Source: an uncultured Lentisphaerales bacterium
GTDB taxonomy: Bacteria; Verrucomicrobiota; Kiritimatiellia; RFP12; JAAYLN01
Assembly (NCBI GenBank): GCA_964592855.1
Contig: CAZQKI010000002.1
Location: forward strand, 4,356 to 68,355
Length of the DNA: 64,000 nt
Reading direction: 5' to 3'
In this document: one piece after another, positions 29,128-38,729 of the stretch
How the letters are laid out: every line of letters starts with the position of its first letter
How positions within the stretch are numbered: position 1 is the first letter of the stretch
The notes under the pieces: generated by a model
Database searches by the model: none
The model's input: the letters and a program-made list of their open reading frames with translations, nothing else
Told to the model about the DNA's origin: nothing
Position numbers and translations under genes: made by a program

Positions 29128-29985
29128 ATGGCTAGAGGGACAAGAGCATGGGCAATCGCCTTGCTGCTGACGCTCGTGTTGCTGATTTTCGGCAGTACGC
29201 GCGGTTGGCTGCATCGGTCCGCCCGGGAAGGAACCTATCCTTTTGAGAACGGTGCCGCCTGGTTGAAATACCGGGTCTGGGGCCGTACGGTCCGGTTGTG
29301 GACGGCGTCGGGCGTTCTGAGCCGCAACATCAGCCTCGAAGCGGAGATTTCACGTTTGCGCATGGATGCCGCGGTGCTGGAGCAGGTTGCCGCGGAAAAC
29401 CGCGAGCTTCGCCGTCAACTGGGCCTGCCGCCTCGTGAGCAGGGACGGCTTGAGCCGTGCCTGGTCCTCTCGTCGGGGGGATCGACGGGGTGGTGGCGCC
29501 AGGTCCGTCTCAACAAGGGAGAGGCGCAAGGACTTGCCGTTGGCGATGCCGTTCTGACGGTCGACGGTCTGGTTGGGCGTGTCGCGGCGCTTTCCGGCTC
29601 GACGGCCGATGTGCGGCTGATCACCGATGCCAACAGCCGCATCGCCTGCCAGTTGGATCCGGTCTCTCCCGAGACGGGGGTTGTGCGCGGCATTCTCCAG
29701 GGGGCCGGCTGGCGGGCGGGTCCGGCGGAACTGCCGGAGTTCCTGCATGTCATCGAGCCCCTGCGTCTCCGCTATCTCGATCGCGATGTCACACCGCCGC
29801 CGCGCATGCGGGTGGTGACGTCCGGGATGGGCGGCGGTCTTCCCGCCGGGCTGCTGGTCGGCTTCCTGCTGGATTCGGCCGTCGACGAGAACGTCCTCTA
29901 CCGCACGGGGGATGTGATGCCGGCCGCGGATGTCAACGCCTTGTCGCTCGTGTTTGTCCTGACGGGAACGGGGGCACCGCCATGA
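29128..29985 (+). CDS. mreC: Rod shape-determining protein MreC
   Basis: N-terminal TM, coiled coil, beta-rich domain with GDAVLTVDGLVGRV. Gene order mreB-mreC-mreD. Confidence 0.75.
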   Translation: MARGTRAWAIALLLTLVLLIFGSTRGWLHRSAREGTYPFENGAAWLKYRVWGRTVRLWTASGVLSRNISLEAEISRLRMDAAVLEQVAAENRELRRQLGLPPREQGRLEPCLVLSSGGSTGWWRQVRLNKGEAQGLAVGDAVLTVDGLVGRVAALSGSTADVRLITDANSRIACQLDPVSPETGVVRGILQGAGWRAGPAELPEFLHVIEPLRLRYLDRDVTPPPRMRVVTSGMGGGLPAGLLVGFLLDSAVDENVLYRTGDVMPAADVNALSLVFVLTGTGAPP

Positions 29986-30506
29986 CGCTGGATCTCCCCG
30001 TCATGCTCATGCTGCTCGGCAGCGCCGCGGCGTTGCAGACGGCCCTTCCGCCGATTCCCGGCAGTTTGCTGAAGTTCCCCCTGCTGGCGGCCGTTGCGTT
30101 CTACTATGCCTCGAACCGTCCGATCTGGGTGACGCTGGTGGTTGCGTTGTGGGCCGGCATTCTCACGGATGGGCTGGGTGGCGTTCCACCGGGAACCTCT
30201 GCGATTGTCCTGGCGCTGATCGCCCTGGTGCTCGCCGGGCTGCGCAACGTCGTTCCCGAAGCCTCCTGGTCCAGCGCGGCGGTGCTCGGCGCGGTGGGCA
30301 TGCCCGTCTTGGCGTTGGCTCAGGTGCTGACGCTTCGCCGGCAGGGTTCCGACCTTCCCTTCGCCTGGCCGCTGTACGCTTCGCTGCTCCTGCTGATTCC
30401 TGTCGGTTCCGTGTTGGCCGGTTGTCTGTGGAGCGTCGGGCGGCAGTTGGACCTCTGGGCGGGCAACACCGAGCCCCGAAAGGAGATCGAAAATCGTGCC
30501 GGATGA
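29982..30506 (+). CDS. mreD: Rod shape-determining protein MreD
   Basis: Small polytopic membrane protein. ATGA overlap with the mreC stop. Lies in the frame of the listed ORF 29457..30506. Confidence 0.6.
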   Translation: MTLDLPVMLMLLGSAAALQTALPPIPGSLLKFPLLAAVAFYYASNRPIWVTLVVALWAGILTDGLGGVPPGTSAIVLALIALVLAGLRNVVPEASWSSAAVLGAVGMPVLALAQVLTLRRQGSDLPFAWPLYASLLLLIPVGSVLAGCLWSVGRQLDLWAGNTEPRKEIENRAG

Positions 30507-32310
30507 TCTCCAGGATTTCCCGCAGTGGCGGCTGGTGTGCATCGGCGTGCTGATGCTCGGCGGCTTTATTGTGCTGGCCAACCGCCTGCACAGCGTGCAG
30601 GTGAAAAACTCGCCGGTCTACACCGGTGCGCAGCAGCGTCAGAGCGTCAGGCGCGTGCTGCTGCCTGCGCCGCGGGGACGAATCTTCGACCGGAAGGGCC
30701 TTTGTCTGGCGGACAACCGGCCGAACTACTGCATCGCGGTCTATCTCGAGGAACTGCGCCGGCCGGGACGCTGGTCGCGGACCGTCGATGCGGTTGACCG
30801 GGAGGTCGACCGGATGGCGTCGTACCTGGATATTCCGCGCCAGATCACGCGCGACGACATCGAGCAGCACGTCTTCAAGCGGCTGCCGCTGCCGCTGCTG
30901 GCCTGGCAGGGCATCGACATGCGCACGCTGGCGCGCTTCTCGGAAAACATGGAGGCGACACCGGGCTTCGACGTCTATGTGCAGCCGGAACGCGTCTACC
31001 CCCGGGGGACGCTGGCCGCGCATCTTCTCGGCTATGTCGGACGCGACCGTCCCGTGTTGACGAATGAAGTCTTCCATTACGACATCCTGGGCATGCGGGG
31101 CCGCGCCGGCGTTGAGCGCACCGCCGATACCCAGCTCTCGGGCACGCCGGGAGGACAGCTCATCACCGTCACCGTCACGGGCTACAAGCACAGCACCACC
31201 AATCGCGCGGCCATTGCGGGTACGGATGTTCGGCTGACCCTGGATGCACTGCTGCAGCAGACGCTGGAGCGGCTGCTGGGCGGCCGCCGGGCGGCCGGGG
31301 TCATCCTGGATCCGCGCAACGGCGATGTGCTGGCCCTGGCGAGTCTGCCGGGCTTCGACCCCAATGGCATGAGCCCGGTGATTTCGCGTGCGGCCTGGAA
31401 ACGGCTGCAGGAGGATCGGGAGCGTCCGCTGCTGAACCGCGCCATCTCGGGCGTCTATCCGCCGGGAAGCATCTTCAAGCCGATGGTTGCGCTGGCGGCG
31501 CTGGCGCAGGGCGTTTCCCGGGATACGGTGTTTGAATGCACGGGCGCCTTTGCGCTCGGCAACATGCGTCTGCGCTGCTGGGCGCATGCCGGGCACGGCA
31601 CGCTCGCGATGCGCCAGGCGTTGGAACAGTCGTGCAATCCCTATTTCTGCAGCCTCGGCGTGAACCTGGGACTGGAGCCAATCCGCCTCATGTCGCAGCA
31701 GATGGGACTGGGGGCGAAGAACGGCATCGAGATTGCCGGCGAGGCGGCGGGCCTTGTCCCGAGCGATGTCTGGAAGCGTCGCGTCCAGCGGGACGCGTGG
31801 CGGGCGGGCGACACGGCGAACCTGTCGATCGGCCAGGGACAGTTGCTGGTCACGCCGTTGCAGATGGCAGTCTATGCGGCGGCGCTGGCTAACGGCGGCC
31901 GGGTCCTCCGCCCGCGTCTCTTCCTGAATCCGGCGTTGCCGGAAGGCGAATGCCTGCGCAAGCTCGAAGTGGCGCCGCAGGTGATGGAAACCGTCCGCGG
32001 CGGCATGTTCGATGTCATTCAGGCGGAGCGCGGCACGGGCAAGCGCGCCGCCGTGAAGGGGTTGCAGTTCGCGGGAAAGACGGGGACGGCGGAGTATGGC
32101 GCCGCACCCAACCGCCGGAAGCACACCTGGATGATCGCCTTCGCGCCTTTTGACAACCCGCAGGTGGCGCTGGCCATCCTGGTCGAGGACGGGGAGTCGG
32201 GGGGGCTGACGGTGGCCCCGATCGTCAATCAGATCATGCGCTACCTCTTCGTCCCCGACGCACCCGTGATCGAGACGCTCCTCCCCGTTGCTCCGGAGGA
32301 TGCCGCATGA
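30496..32310 (+). CDS. mrdA: Penicillin-binding protein 2 (peptidoglycan D,D-transpeptidase)
   Basis: N-terminal TM, PBP dimerisation domain, transpeptidase motifs SIFKP (SxxK), SCN and KTGTA. Confidence 0.85.
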   Translation: MPDDLQDFPQWRLVCIGVLMLGGFIVLANRLHSVQVKNSPVYTGAQQRQSVRRVLLPAPRGRIFDRKGLCLADNRPNYCIAVYLEELRRPGRWSRTVDAVDREVDRMASYLDIPRQITRDDIEQHVFKRLPLPLLAWQGIDMRTLARFSENMEATPGFDVYVQPERVYPRGTLAAHLLGYVGRDRPVLTNEVFHYDILGMRGRAGVERTADTQLSGTPGGQLITVTVTGYKHSTTNRAAIAGTDVRLTLDALLQQTLERLLGGRRAAGVILDPRNGDVLALASLPGFDPNGMSPVISRAAWKRLQEDRERPLLNRAISGVYPPGSIFKPMVALAALAQGVSRDTVFECTGAFALGNMRLRCWAHAGHGTLAMRQALEQSCNPYFCSLGVNLGLEPIRLMSQQMGLGAKNGIEIAGEAAGLVPSDVWKRRVQRDAWRAGDTANLSIGQGQLLVTPLQMAVYAAALANGGRVLRPRLFLNPALPEGECLRKLEVAPQVMETVRGGMFDVIQAERGTGKRAAVKGLQFAGKTGTAEYGAAPNRRKHTWMIAFAPFDNPQVALAILVEDGESGGLTVAPIVNQIMRYLFVPDAPVIETLLPVAPEDAA

Positions 32311-33509
32311 GTTCTGGCATTCTCGATCATCTCCCCTGCGATCTGGGGCGCCTGCGGCGGATGAATCCCATCCTCCTATTCTGCATGATCAGCCTCATGA
32401 TCGTTGGCGTTTGCTTCGTCTACAGTGCGAACTCCATCCGCGACAACCCCATCCTGCAGTCGCTCTACCTGGGGCATGCCAAACTGGCGGCCATCGGCGT
32501 CTTGCTCAATGTGGCGCTGGCCTATATCGACTACCGGCAGATTCTGAAATGGTCCTGGCTGTTTTACCTGGTGGCCGTCGGGCTGCTGGTTGCAGTGCTG
32601 GTGATCGGCGAGTCCCGCATGGGGGCCAGGCGCTGGGTGTTCGGCTTTCAGCCGTCGGAGTTCGCCAAGCTGGCAACGATCTTCGCGCTGGCCAGGCTGC
32701 TGGGACGCCCCGGGGCGCGTCGGGACTTCTGGGAATTTCTGCTGGCGGTCATCCTGACGGCCTTGCCGGTCGGCTTGATCATGAAACAACCCGATCTGGG
32801 AACGGCGCTGGTTTTCGGCCCGATCCTGTTGCTGATGCTTTTTGTGGCGGGGACTTCGCCCAGGACCTGGGTGGCGACGGTGGGCGCCGGACTGCTGGCG
32901 GTCTCCATCGTCCTGGGATCGATCCTGGCGCAGGAAAACCCGAAGACGACCGAGGGCTTCCGCCGGCTTTCCAGACAGGCCACGTTCTTCCTCGCCGATT
33001 ATCAGCGCGATCGCCTGGTGGATGCGCTCCATCCCGACCGGGACCCGCTGAACCTGGGGTGGAACCGTCGTCAATCCCAGATCGCCGTGGGCTCCGGCGG
33101 CCTCTGGGGAAAAGGGTATCTCAAGGGGGATCAGAATTTGCTAGGATACCTGCCACAGCAGGTGTCTGCCAACGACTTCATTTTTTCGGTGCTCGCCGAA
33201 GAGAAGGGGTACGTGGGTTCAGTTTGCGTGCTGCTGCTGTTTGCGGGCGTCGTTTTCGCCTCGCTCTATGCGGCGGCAACCAGCCGGGACGGCACCGGCC
33301 GGTTGCTTGGCGTGGGTGTTGCATCCTTGTTCTTCTGCCATGTTTTCGTCAACATCGCGATGACCATCGGACTGCTTCCAGTTACGGGATTGCCGTTGCC
33401 GTTCATTAGCTACGGCAGGACGTTCATGTTGACGGCTATTATAGCCTCGGGATTGCTGCAAAGTGTGGCGGTTCATGTGCGCCGGGAGACGGCGCAGGTG
33501 GATGCCTAG
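32307..33509 (+). CDS. rodA: Peptidoglycan glycosyltransferase RodA (SEDS family)
   Basis: FtsW/RodA/SpoVE family polytopic protein (PSEFAKL, GSGGLWGKGY, DFIFSVLAEE). ATGA overlap with mrdA. Confidence 0.85.
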   Translation: MSSGILDHLPCDLGRLRRMNPILLFCMISLMIVGVCFVYSANSIRDNPILQSLYLGHAKLAAIGVLLNVALAYIDYRQILKWSWLFYLVAVGLLVAVLVIGESRMGARRWVFGFQPSEFAKLATIFALARLLGRPGARRDFWEFLLAVILTALPVGLIMKQPDLGTALVFGPILLLMLFVAGTSPRTWVATVGAGLLAVSIVLGSILAQENPKTTEGFRRLSRQATFFLADYQRDRLVDALHPDRDPLNLGWNRRQSQIAVGSGGLWGKGYLKGDQNLLGYLPQQVSANDFIFSVLAEEKGYVGSVCVLLLFAGVVFASLYAAATSRDGTGRLLGVGVASLFFCHVFVNIAMTIGLLPVTGLPLPFISYGRTFMLTAIIASGLLQSVAVHVRRETAQVDA

Positions 33510-33545
33510 CGGGAATTGCCGACAGATCGAGAATGGAGTTGAACT

Positions 33546-35129
33546 ATGTTGGGATGGTTGATTAAAAAGCCGACGGAAAAGCGCGAGATCGTCGTGAATG
33601 CGGAGAAGCTCGAGACGCGTGTGGCCGTGGTGGAACACGGCCGCGTCGAGGAGTTTCAGGTCGAGCATCCGATGGAGGATCGGCTCGTGGGGAGCATCTT
33701 CAAGGGACGCATTCAGAACCTGGAACATGACCTGCAGGCCGCCTTTGTCGATATCGGGCTGAAAAAGAACGCCTTTCTGCACTATTGGGATATGTTCCCG
33801 GATGATGAAAGCCGCCTGGAAGACGACGATGAGAATGTGCAGCGCGTCTCGCGCCGCAAGCGCTTCACCAACGAGCAGATCACCAAGCGTTTTCCGCCCG
33901 GCTCCGAAATCATCGTGCAGGTGACCAAAAGCCCGATCGGAACCAAGGGGCCGCGCGTGAGCGCGAGCCTCAGCGTTCCCGGCCGCTATCTGGTGATGAT
34001 GCCGGGCTGCCGGCTGCGCGGCGTTTCGCGCAAGATCGGCGATGCCAAGGAACGCCTGCGTCTGAAGAAGATTCTGGACCGGCTCCCCTTGCCGCAGGAT
34101 ATCGGACTGATTGTCCGCACGATCGGGGCGGGGGCCTCCAAGCGCGCCTTCATCCGCGATCTCCGCGGGTTGCTCTCGATCTGGCAGGATCTGCAGGCCA
34201 ACATCCGCGACAAGGCCGCGCCCAGCTGCGTCTACCAGGAGCCCGACCTCATCGAGCGCGTTGTGCGCGACTGGCTGACCGAGGACATCGACCGCGTGGT
34301 CATCGACCAGAAGGATTCCTTCGAGCGGATCCGCTCCGTGGCGGCGCGGATTTCGCGCCACTCGCGCAACCTGATCCAGCTCTACGACGGCCAGCTGCCG
34401 ATCTTCGACAATCGCGGGATCGAGCGCCAGCTCGACGAGGCCTTCCGCCGCAAGGTCAACCTGAAGTGCGGCGGGTATCTCGTGATCGACGAGACGGAGG
34501 CGATGATTGCAATCGACGTGAACACGGGGCGTCACAAGGGTAAGGGTTCGCAGGAGGATGCCATCCTCGAGGTCAACCTGGATGCGGTCGAGGAGGTTGC
34601 GCGCCAGCTGCGCTTGCGCAATGTCGGGGGACTCGTGGTGCTGGACTTGATCGACATGAAGTCGCGCAAGCATCAGGCCGCGGTCTACAAGGCCATGAAG
34701 ACGGCGGTGAAGCGTGACAAGGCGCGCACCAACGTCCTGCCGATCTCCGAGCTGGGCTTGATGGAGATGACCCGCCAACGGCAGGAGGAGAGCCTGCTTT
34801 CGCAGACCTTCGAGGACTGCCCCTACTGCCACGGACACGGCGTGATCAAGTCGGCCCTCTCGCTGAGCGTCAACATTCAGCGTCAGATCGCAGGCGTCAT
34901 GCGCAAATGCCGTCTCGACGGCAGGGAAATCGACCTGCAGATCCTGGTGGCGCCGACGGTTCTGGACCGGCTGCGCCGCGAGGACGAGGAGATGCTGGTG
35001 GAATTGCAGCAGCAGTACAAGGGGCATCTCAGCTTCAAATCCGAGCCGCTCCGCCACCCCGAATCCTTTGCCATTCTGGAAACGACTGGCAAAGTCCTCT
35101 ATTCCGTTGGCGACAATAAAAGTGCATAA
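33546..35129 (+). CDS. rng: Ribonuclease G (RNase E/G family)
   Basis: N-terminal S1 domain, catalytic domain with conserved Zn-link CPYCHGHG. 527 aa with no long C-terminal scaffold, so RNase G rather than RNase E. Confidence 0.8.
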   Translation: MLGWLIKKPTEKREIVVNAEKLETRVAVVEHGRVEEFQVEHPMEDRLVGSIFKGRIQNLEHDLQAAFVDIGLKKNAFLHYWDMFPDDESRLEDDDENVQRVSRRKRFTNEQITKRFPPGSEIIVQVTKSPIGTKGPRVSASLSVPGRYLVMMPGCRLRGVSRKIGDAKERLRLKKILDRLPLPQDIGLIVRTIGAGASKRAFIRDLRGLLSIWQDLQANIRDKAAPSCVYQEPDLIERVVRDWLTEDIDRVVIDQKDSFERIRSVAARISRHSRNLIQLYDGQLPIFDNRGIERQLDEAFRRKVNLKCGGYLVIDETEAMIAIDVNTGRHKGKGSQEDAILEVNLDAVEEVARQLRLRNVGGLVVLDLIDMKSRKHQAAVYKAMKTAVKRDKARTNVLPISELGLMEMTRQRQEESLLSQTFEDCPYCHGHGVIKSALSLSVNIQRQIAGVMRKCRLDGREIDLQILVAPTVLDRLRREDEEMLVELQQQYKGHLSFKSEPLRHPESFAILETTGKVLYSVGDNKSA

Positions 35130-35197
35130 TGGTTGACAACTGCGGCAATCCCCCCGGAGGCGCCGGCCAGCGGCGCCTCCTCGAAAAGGATGTGAAC

Positions 35198-37420
35198 ATG
35201 ATTTTACCGAGACTGTTTTCCGGCCCGCTGCGCGTGGCCGCGTTGTTGCTGTTAGCCTTGTCGGCCGGAGCCGTGGATGTCATGCCCTCACGGGATGAGA
35301 TGCAGGCGCCGATCGACATCGAGGCGGATTCGTTTTCGGCGGAGATGGACGGATGGGTCGACGCCGCCGGCAACGTCCGGGTCCGTCAAGGCGATACGCA
35401 AGTCACCGCGGATCGGATCCGCGTGAACCGGACCACGGGCGAGATCAAAGCCGACGGGCATGTGATCCTGATCCGCCGGGGGCAGGTCGCCACGCGGACG
35501 GAGCGCCTGGTCTACAACTACAAGAGCGGCGAAGGACTGACGCCCTCGGTCGACATGCAGGTCGGCGCCTTCCGCGTGATCGCCAAGGATGCGGTCCGGA
35601 AGCCCGACGCCACCTTCAGCCTGCGCAATACCGTTGTGACCACCTGCACCAATGCGCTGGGGTCGCTCCATTACCACGTGCGTGGCAGGTCGGCCTCCAT
35701 GCGCCCGAACGAGTATGTGGCCGTTTCCGGCGTCGTCCCCTATTTCATGGGGGTTCCCTTCTTCTATTTCCCCTATTGGCGCCGTGAACTGGACGAGCAT
35801 TACGGGTGGCGCTTCGAACCCGGCTATGAATCCGACTGGGGCGCCTTTCTGCTCGCCACCTACAAGTTCAAGCTGATCGATTTCGGGGGCAAGTTCAAGG
35901 ATAGCCTCGATTCGCGCTCGCATTTCGACTACCGCACCGAACGCGGCGGCGCGATCGGACAGGATGTCCTCTGGCACTTTGGCGAGCCGGAGGCGGGTCA
36001 CAAGGGTTTTGTGTCGGCCTACTTCCTGGCCGATGACAAGCCGATGGACGCCAACTGGGATCGCGATCCGACCCGCGACATCGTCGAGGATTCGCGGTAC
36101 CGGTTGACCTTCCGGCATGATTCGCACCTGTCCGACCGTGATTTCCTGACCTTGCGCACGAGCTATTTGAGTGACAGCTATCTGCTGGAGGATTTCTACG
36201 AGGACGAGTACCGCGACCTCCGCCAGCCGGAGTCCTATGCCGCCTATACGCACACCGGAAACGGCTATTCGTTCGGACTGGGCGCCTATCAGCGCATCAA
36301 CGATTTCTTCGAATCCGTGAACCGCCTCCCCGAAGCGTGGCTCGATGTTCTCCGCACCGATATCGCCGGGTCGCGCTTCTACTACGAAAGTCAGACCCGC
36401 GGCGGAGCGTTGAAGCGGGAGTTTGCCGACTATGGCCTGCCGACGAACACCGTGGCCGAGGCGTATGACACCGTGCGGCTCGATTCGCGCCATGCGATCT
36501 ACATGCCCAACACCCTCTTTGGCTTTCTGAGCGTGGTGCCGCGCGCCGCCTACCGGGGGACCTACTATGGCGACACGTTCAAGGACCTGAGCGACGAGCC
36601 CAGCTCATCAACCAATGCGCCCGCGACAAGCCTCCTGATCGAGGATGGGGCGGCTCTGCGAAATCTCTTCGAGCTTGGACTCGAGAGCTCCTTCAAGGCC
36701 TACGGCATCTATCAGGACGAGGCCGGCCGCATCCGCCACATCGTCGAGCCGTACATGAACTACACGTTCGTGCCGGAGCCCAACCTGCGGCCCTTGCAGC
36801 TCCTGCAGTTCGACGACGTCGATGAACTGGACAAGGAACACAACGTCCGCTTCGGCATGCGCCATCAGATCCAGCGCCGGATCGGCCCCGCGATCCGCGT
36901 CCTGCTGGATGCCGACCTCTACGGCATCTATGACATCGAGGACGCCAACGACGAGTCGAAATTCCGCCTGGTCGGTTTGGAGAGCCGCTTCCGACCGACT
37001 GACGGCATTCGCTTCCAGTTGGATGGAACCTACGACGTGGAGGCGTCCGAGATCAATGAAATCAACGCCTGGGTCACCCTCTGGAACCATGAATTGTGGG
37101 AGGCGTCCGGTGCCGTCTTCTATCGCCCCGACGCCAGCGTGCTGTTCGCCGGAAACCTGACCTATGCGCTCACCGAGCGCTGGACGGTCAACATCTACTC
37201 GCGCTACGAGGCCGAGACCTCGCGGCTCGAAGAGCAGTCGGGCTACCTCCAGTACAATCTCGACTGCATCTCCCTCCGGCTGCGCGGCAGCGTCTTTCCC
37301 GGCTTCACCCGCGACGACGGCTCGGAGCTGGAGACCAAGTACAAGATCGCTTTCTACGCTTGGTTGCGCGCCTACCCCTCGGCTCCGAAGGAACGCATGC
37401 GTGGCCATCGTGACATCTAG
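35198..37420 (+). CDS. lptD: LPS-assembly protein LptD-like outer-membrane protein (OstA family)
   Basis: Signal peptide (MILPRLFSGPLRVAALLLLALSAGA), OstA-like N-terminal beta-jellyroll (VRVRQGDTQVTADRIRVNRTTGEIKADGHV), large Tyr/Phe-rich beta-barrel C-terminal region. Start at the internal Met, 23 codons into the listed ORF. Confidence 0.6.
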   Translation: MILPRLFSGPLRVAALLLLALSAGAVDVMPSRDEMQAPIDIEADSFSAEMDGWVDAAGNVRVRQGDTQVTADRIRVNRTTGEIKADGHVILIRRGQVATRTERLVYNYKSGEGLTPSVDMQVGAFRVIAKDAVRKPDATFSLRNTVVTTCTNALGSLHYHVRGRSASMRPNEYVAVSGVVPYFMGVPFFYFPYWRRELDEHYGWRFEPGYESDWGAFLLATYKFKLIDFGGKFKDSLDSRSHFDYRTERGGAIGQDVLWHFGEPEAGHKGFVSAYFLADDKPMDANWDRDPTRDIVEDSRYRLTFRHDSHLSDRDFLTLRTSYLSDSYLLEDFYEDEYRDLRQPESYAAYTHTGNGYSFGLGAYQRINDFFESVNRLPEAWLDVLRTDIAGSRFYYESQTRGGALKREFADYGLPTNTVAEAYDTVRLDSRHAIYMPNTLFGFLSVVPRAAYRGTYYGDTFKDLSDEPSSSTNAPATSLLIEDGAALRNLFELGLESSFKAYGIYQDEAGRIRHIVEPYMNYTFVPEPNLRPLQLLQFDDVDELDKEHNVRFGMRHQIQRRIGPAIRVLLDADLYGIYDIEDANDESKFRLVGLESRFRPTDGIRFQLDGTYDVEASEINEINAWVTLWNHELWEASGAVFYRPDASVLFAGNLTYALTERWTVNIYSRYEAETSRLEEQSGYLQYNLDCISLRLRGSVFPGFTRDDGSELETKYKIAFYAWLRAYPSAPKERMRGHRDI

Positions 37421-37445
37421 GCTTCCAGGCAGAAGGGCGGCAGGC

Positions 37446-37904
37446 ATGAAGCGTTCCGGCGCGTTGGAAATACATGGAGCCCGACAGGGGTTTTCGCTGG
37501 TTGAGCTGCTGGTGGCGGTCTCGATCATGCTGATCCTCGCGGGCGCCGTGGCCGTCAACCTGCTGCATGAGCCGGGCAAGGCGCGCCAGGCCCGCGCCAA
37601 GAGCGATCTCGCCACCTTCAAGACCGCCCTGCGGCTCTACCTGGACGACAACTCCACCCTGCCTTCGCAACGGCAGGGGCTGCCGGCGCTCGTCCAGCGC
37701 CCAACGACCCCGCCCGTTCCCCTGAACTGGCGGCCGGGCGGATACCTCGACCGCATCTCCTTGCCGCGCGACCCGTGGAACAACGATTACCTCTACTTCG
37801 TTCCCGGCCGCCAGCAGGAGCCGTTCGAAATCGTCTGCTATGGCGCCGATGGCCAGCAGGGGGGCGAGGGTGTGAATGTGGACCTCTCCAGTTCGTCGTT
37901 GTAG
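37446..37904 (+). CDS. Type II secretion system major pseudopilin GspG-like
   Basis: GFSLVELLVAVSIMLILAGA prepilin signal, GspG-like body with DPWNNDYLY. Lies in the frame of the listed ORF 37164..37904. Confidence 0.75.
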   Translation: MKRSGALEIHGARQGFSLVELLVAVSIMLILAGAVAVNLLHEPGKARQARAKSDLATFKTALRLYLDDNSTLPSQRQGLPALVQRPTTPPVPLNWRPGGYLDRISLPRDPWNNDYLYFVPGRQQEPFEIVCYGADGQQGGEGVNVDLSSSSL

Positions 37905-37907
37905 ATC

Positions 37908-38729
37908 ATGCAGGCGCCACTGAAAGAAGCTCGCGCGTGGCAACTGGCCTTGAAGCGCCTGCTCGCCATCGAAGCGGCCTGGGACGATTCCGCAGCCCGG
38001 CAGCGGGAGCTGCTGGCCTGCCGGCAGTGGCTGGCGGAACAGGTGCAGATCCCACGGCTCTGTCAACTGGCCGCCCTGCTGAATCCCGATGCCGACCGCG
38101 CCCGGTTCGCCCATGTGCTCGTCCCGGTGGAACGGGAAGTGGCGCGCCGACGCATCACGGATGTGCAGATTCTCGATCGGGATGTCCCGGCGTCCGCGTC
38201 GGCGGCGGCGTGCATGCCCGTGACGGTGGTGCTGGATTCCCTCCGGTCCGCATTCAACACGGGCGGCATTTTTCGGACGGCCGAGTGCTTCGGCGCCGCA
38301 GCGCTCTGGCTGTGCGGCTACACGGCCGCTCCGAACCATCCGCATGTCGCCGAAGCGGCCTTGGGCGCCGCCCAGCTGGTTCCCTGGCGCGCCTTTGCGC
38401 GCGCCGGCGATGCCGTTGCCGAACTGCGCCGGACGGGCGTCACGGTCATTGCCCTGGAAACCGTTGCCGACGCACCCGGCATCGAGGCGTTTGACTGGCC
38501 CTTTCCCTGCGCCCTCCTGCTGGGGAACGAACGCTTCGGACTGGATCCCGATATCATCCGCCAGTCGGACGCCTGTGTGCGCATCGCGGTCTACGGGCGG
38601 AAGAACTCGCTCAACGTCGTGAGCGCGGCGGCGATCGCCTTGCACGGCGCGCGGCGCGCCTGGCAGGCTGCCAATCCCCCTGCGCCCCCGATTCCCGGTG
38701 ATGGTCAAGAAGGAAGGAAGCTCCCATGA
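37908..38729 (+). CDS. SpoU/TrmH family RNA 2'-O-methyltransferase
   Basis: SPOUT motifs: VVLDSLRSAFNTGGIFRTAECFG, ALLLGNERFGLD, NSLNVVSAAAIALH. Confidence 0.75.
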   Translation: MQAPLKEARAWQLALKRLLAIEAAWDDSAARQRELLACRQWLAEQVQIPRLCQLAALLNPDADRARFAHVLVPVEREVARRRITDVQILDRDVPASASAAACMPVTVVLDSLRSAFNTGGIFRTAECFGAAALWLCGYTAAPNHPHVAEAALGAAQLVPWRAFARAGDAVAELRRTGVTVIALETVADAPGIEAFDWPFPCALLLGNERFGLDPDIIRQSDACVRIAVYGRKNSLNVVSAAAIALHGARRAWQAANPPAPPIPGDGQEGRKLP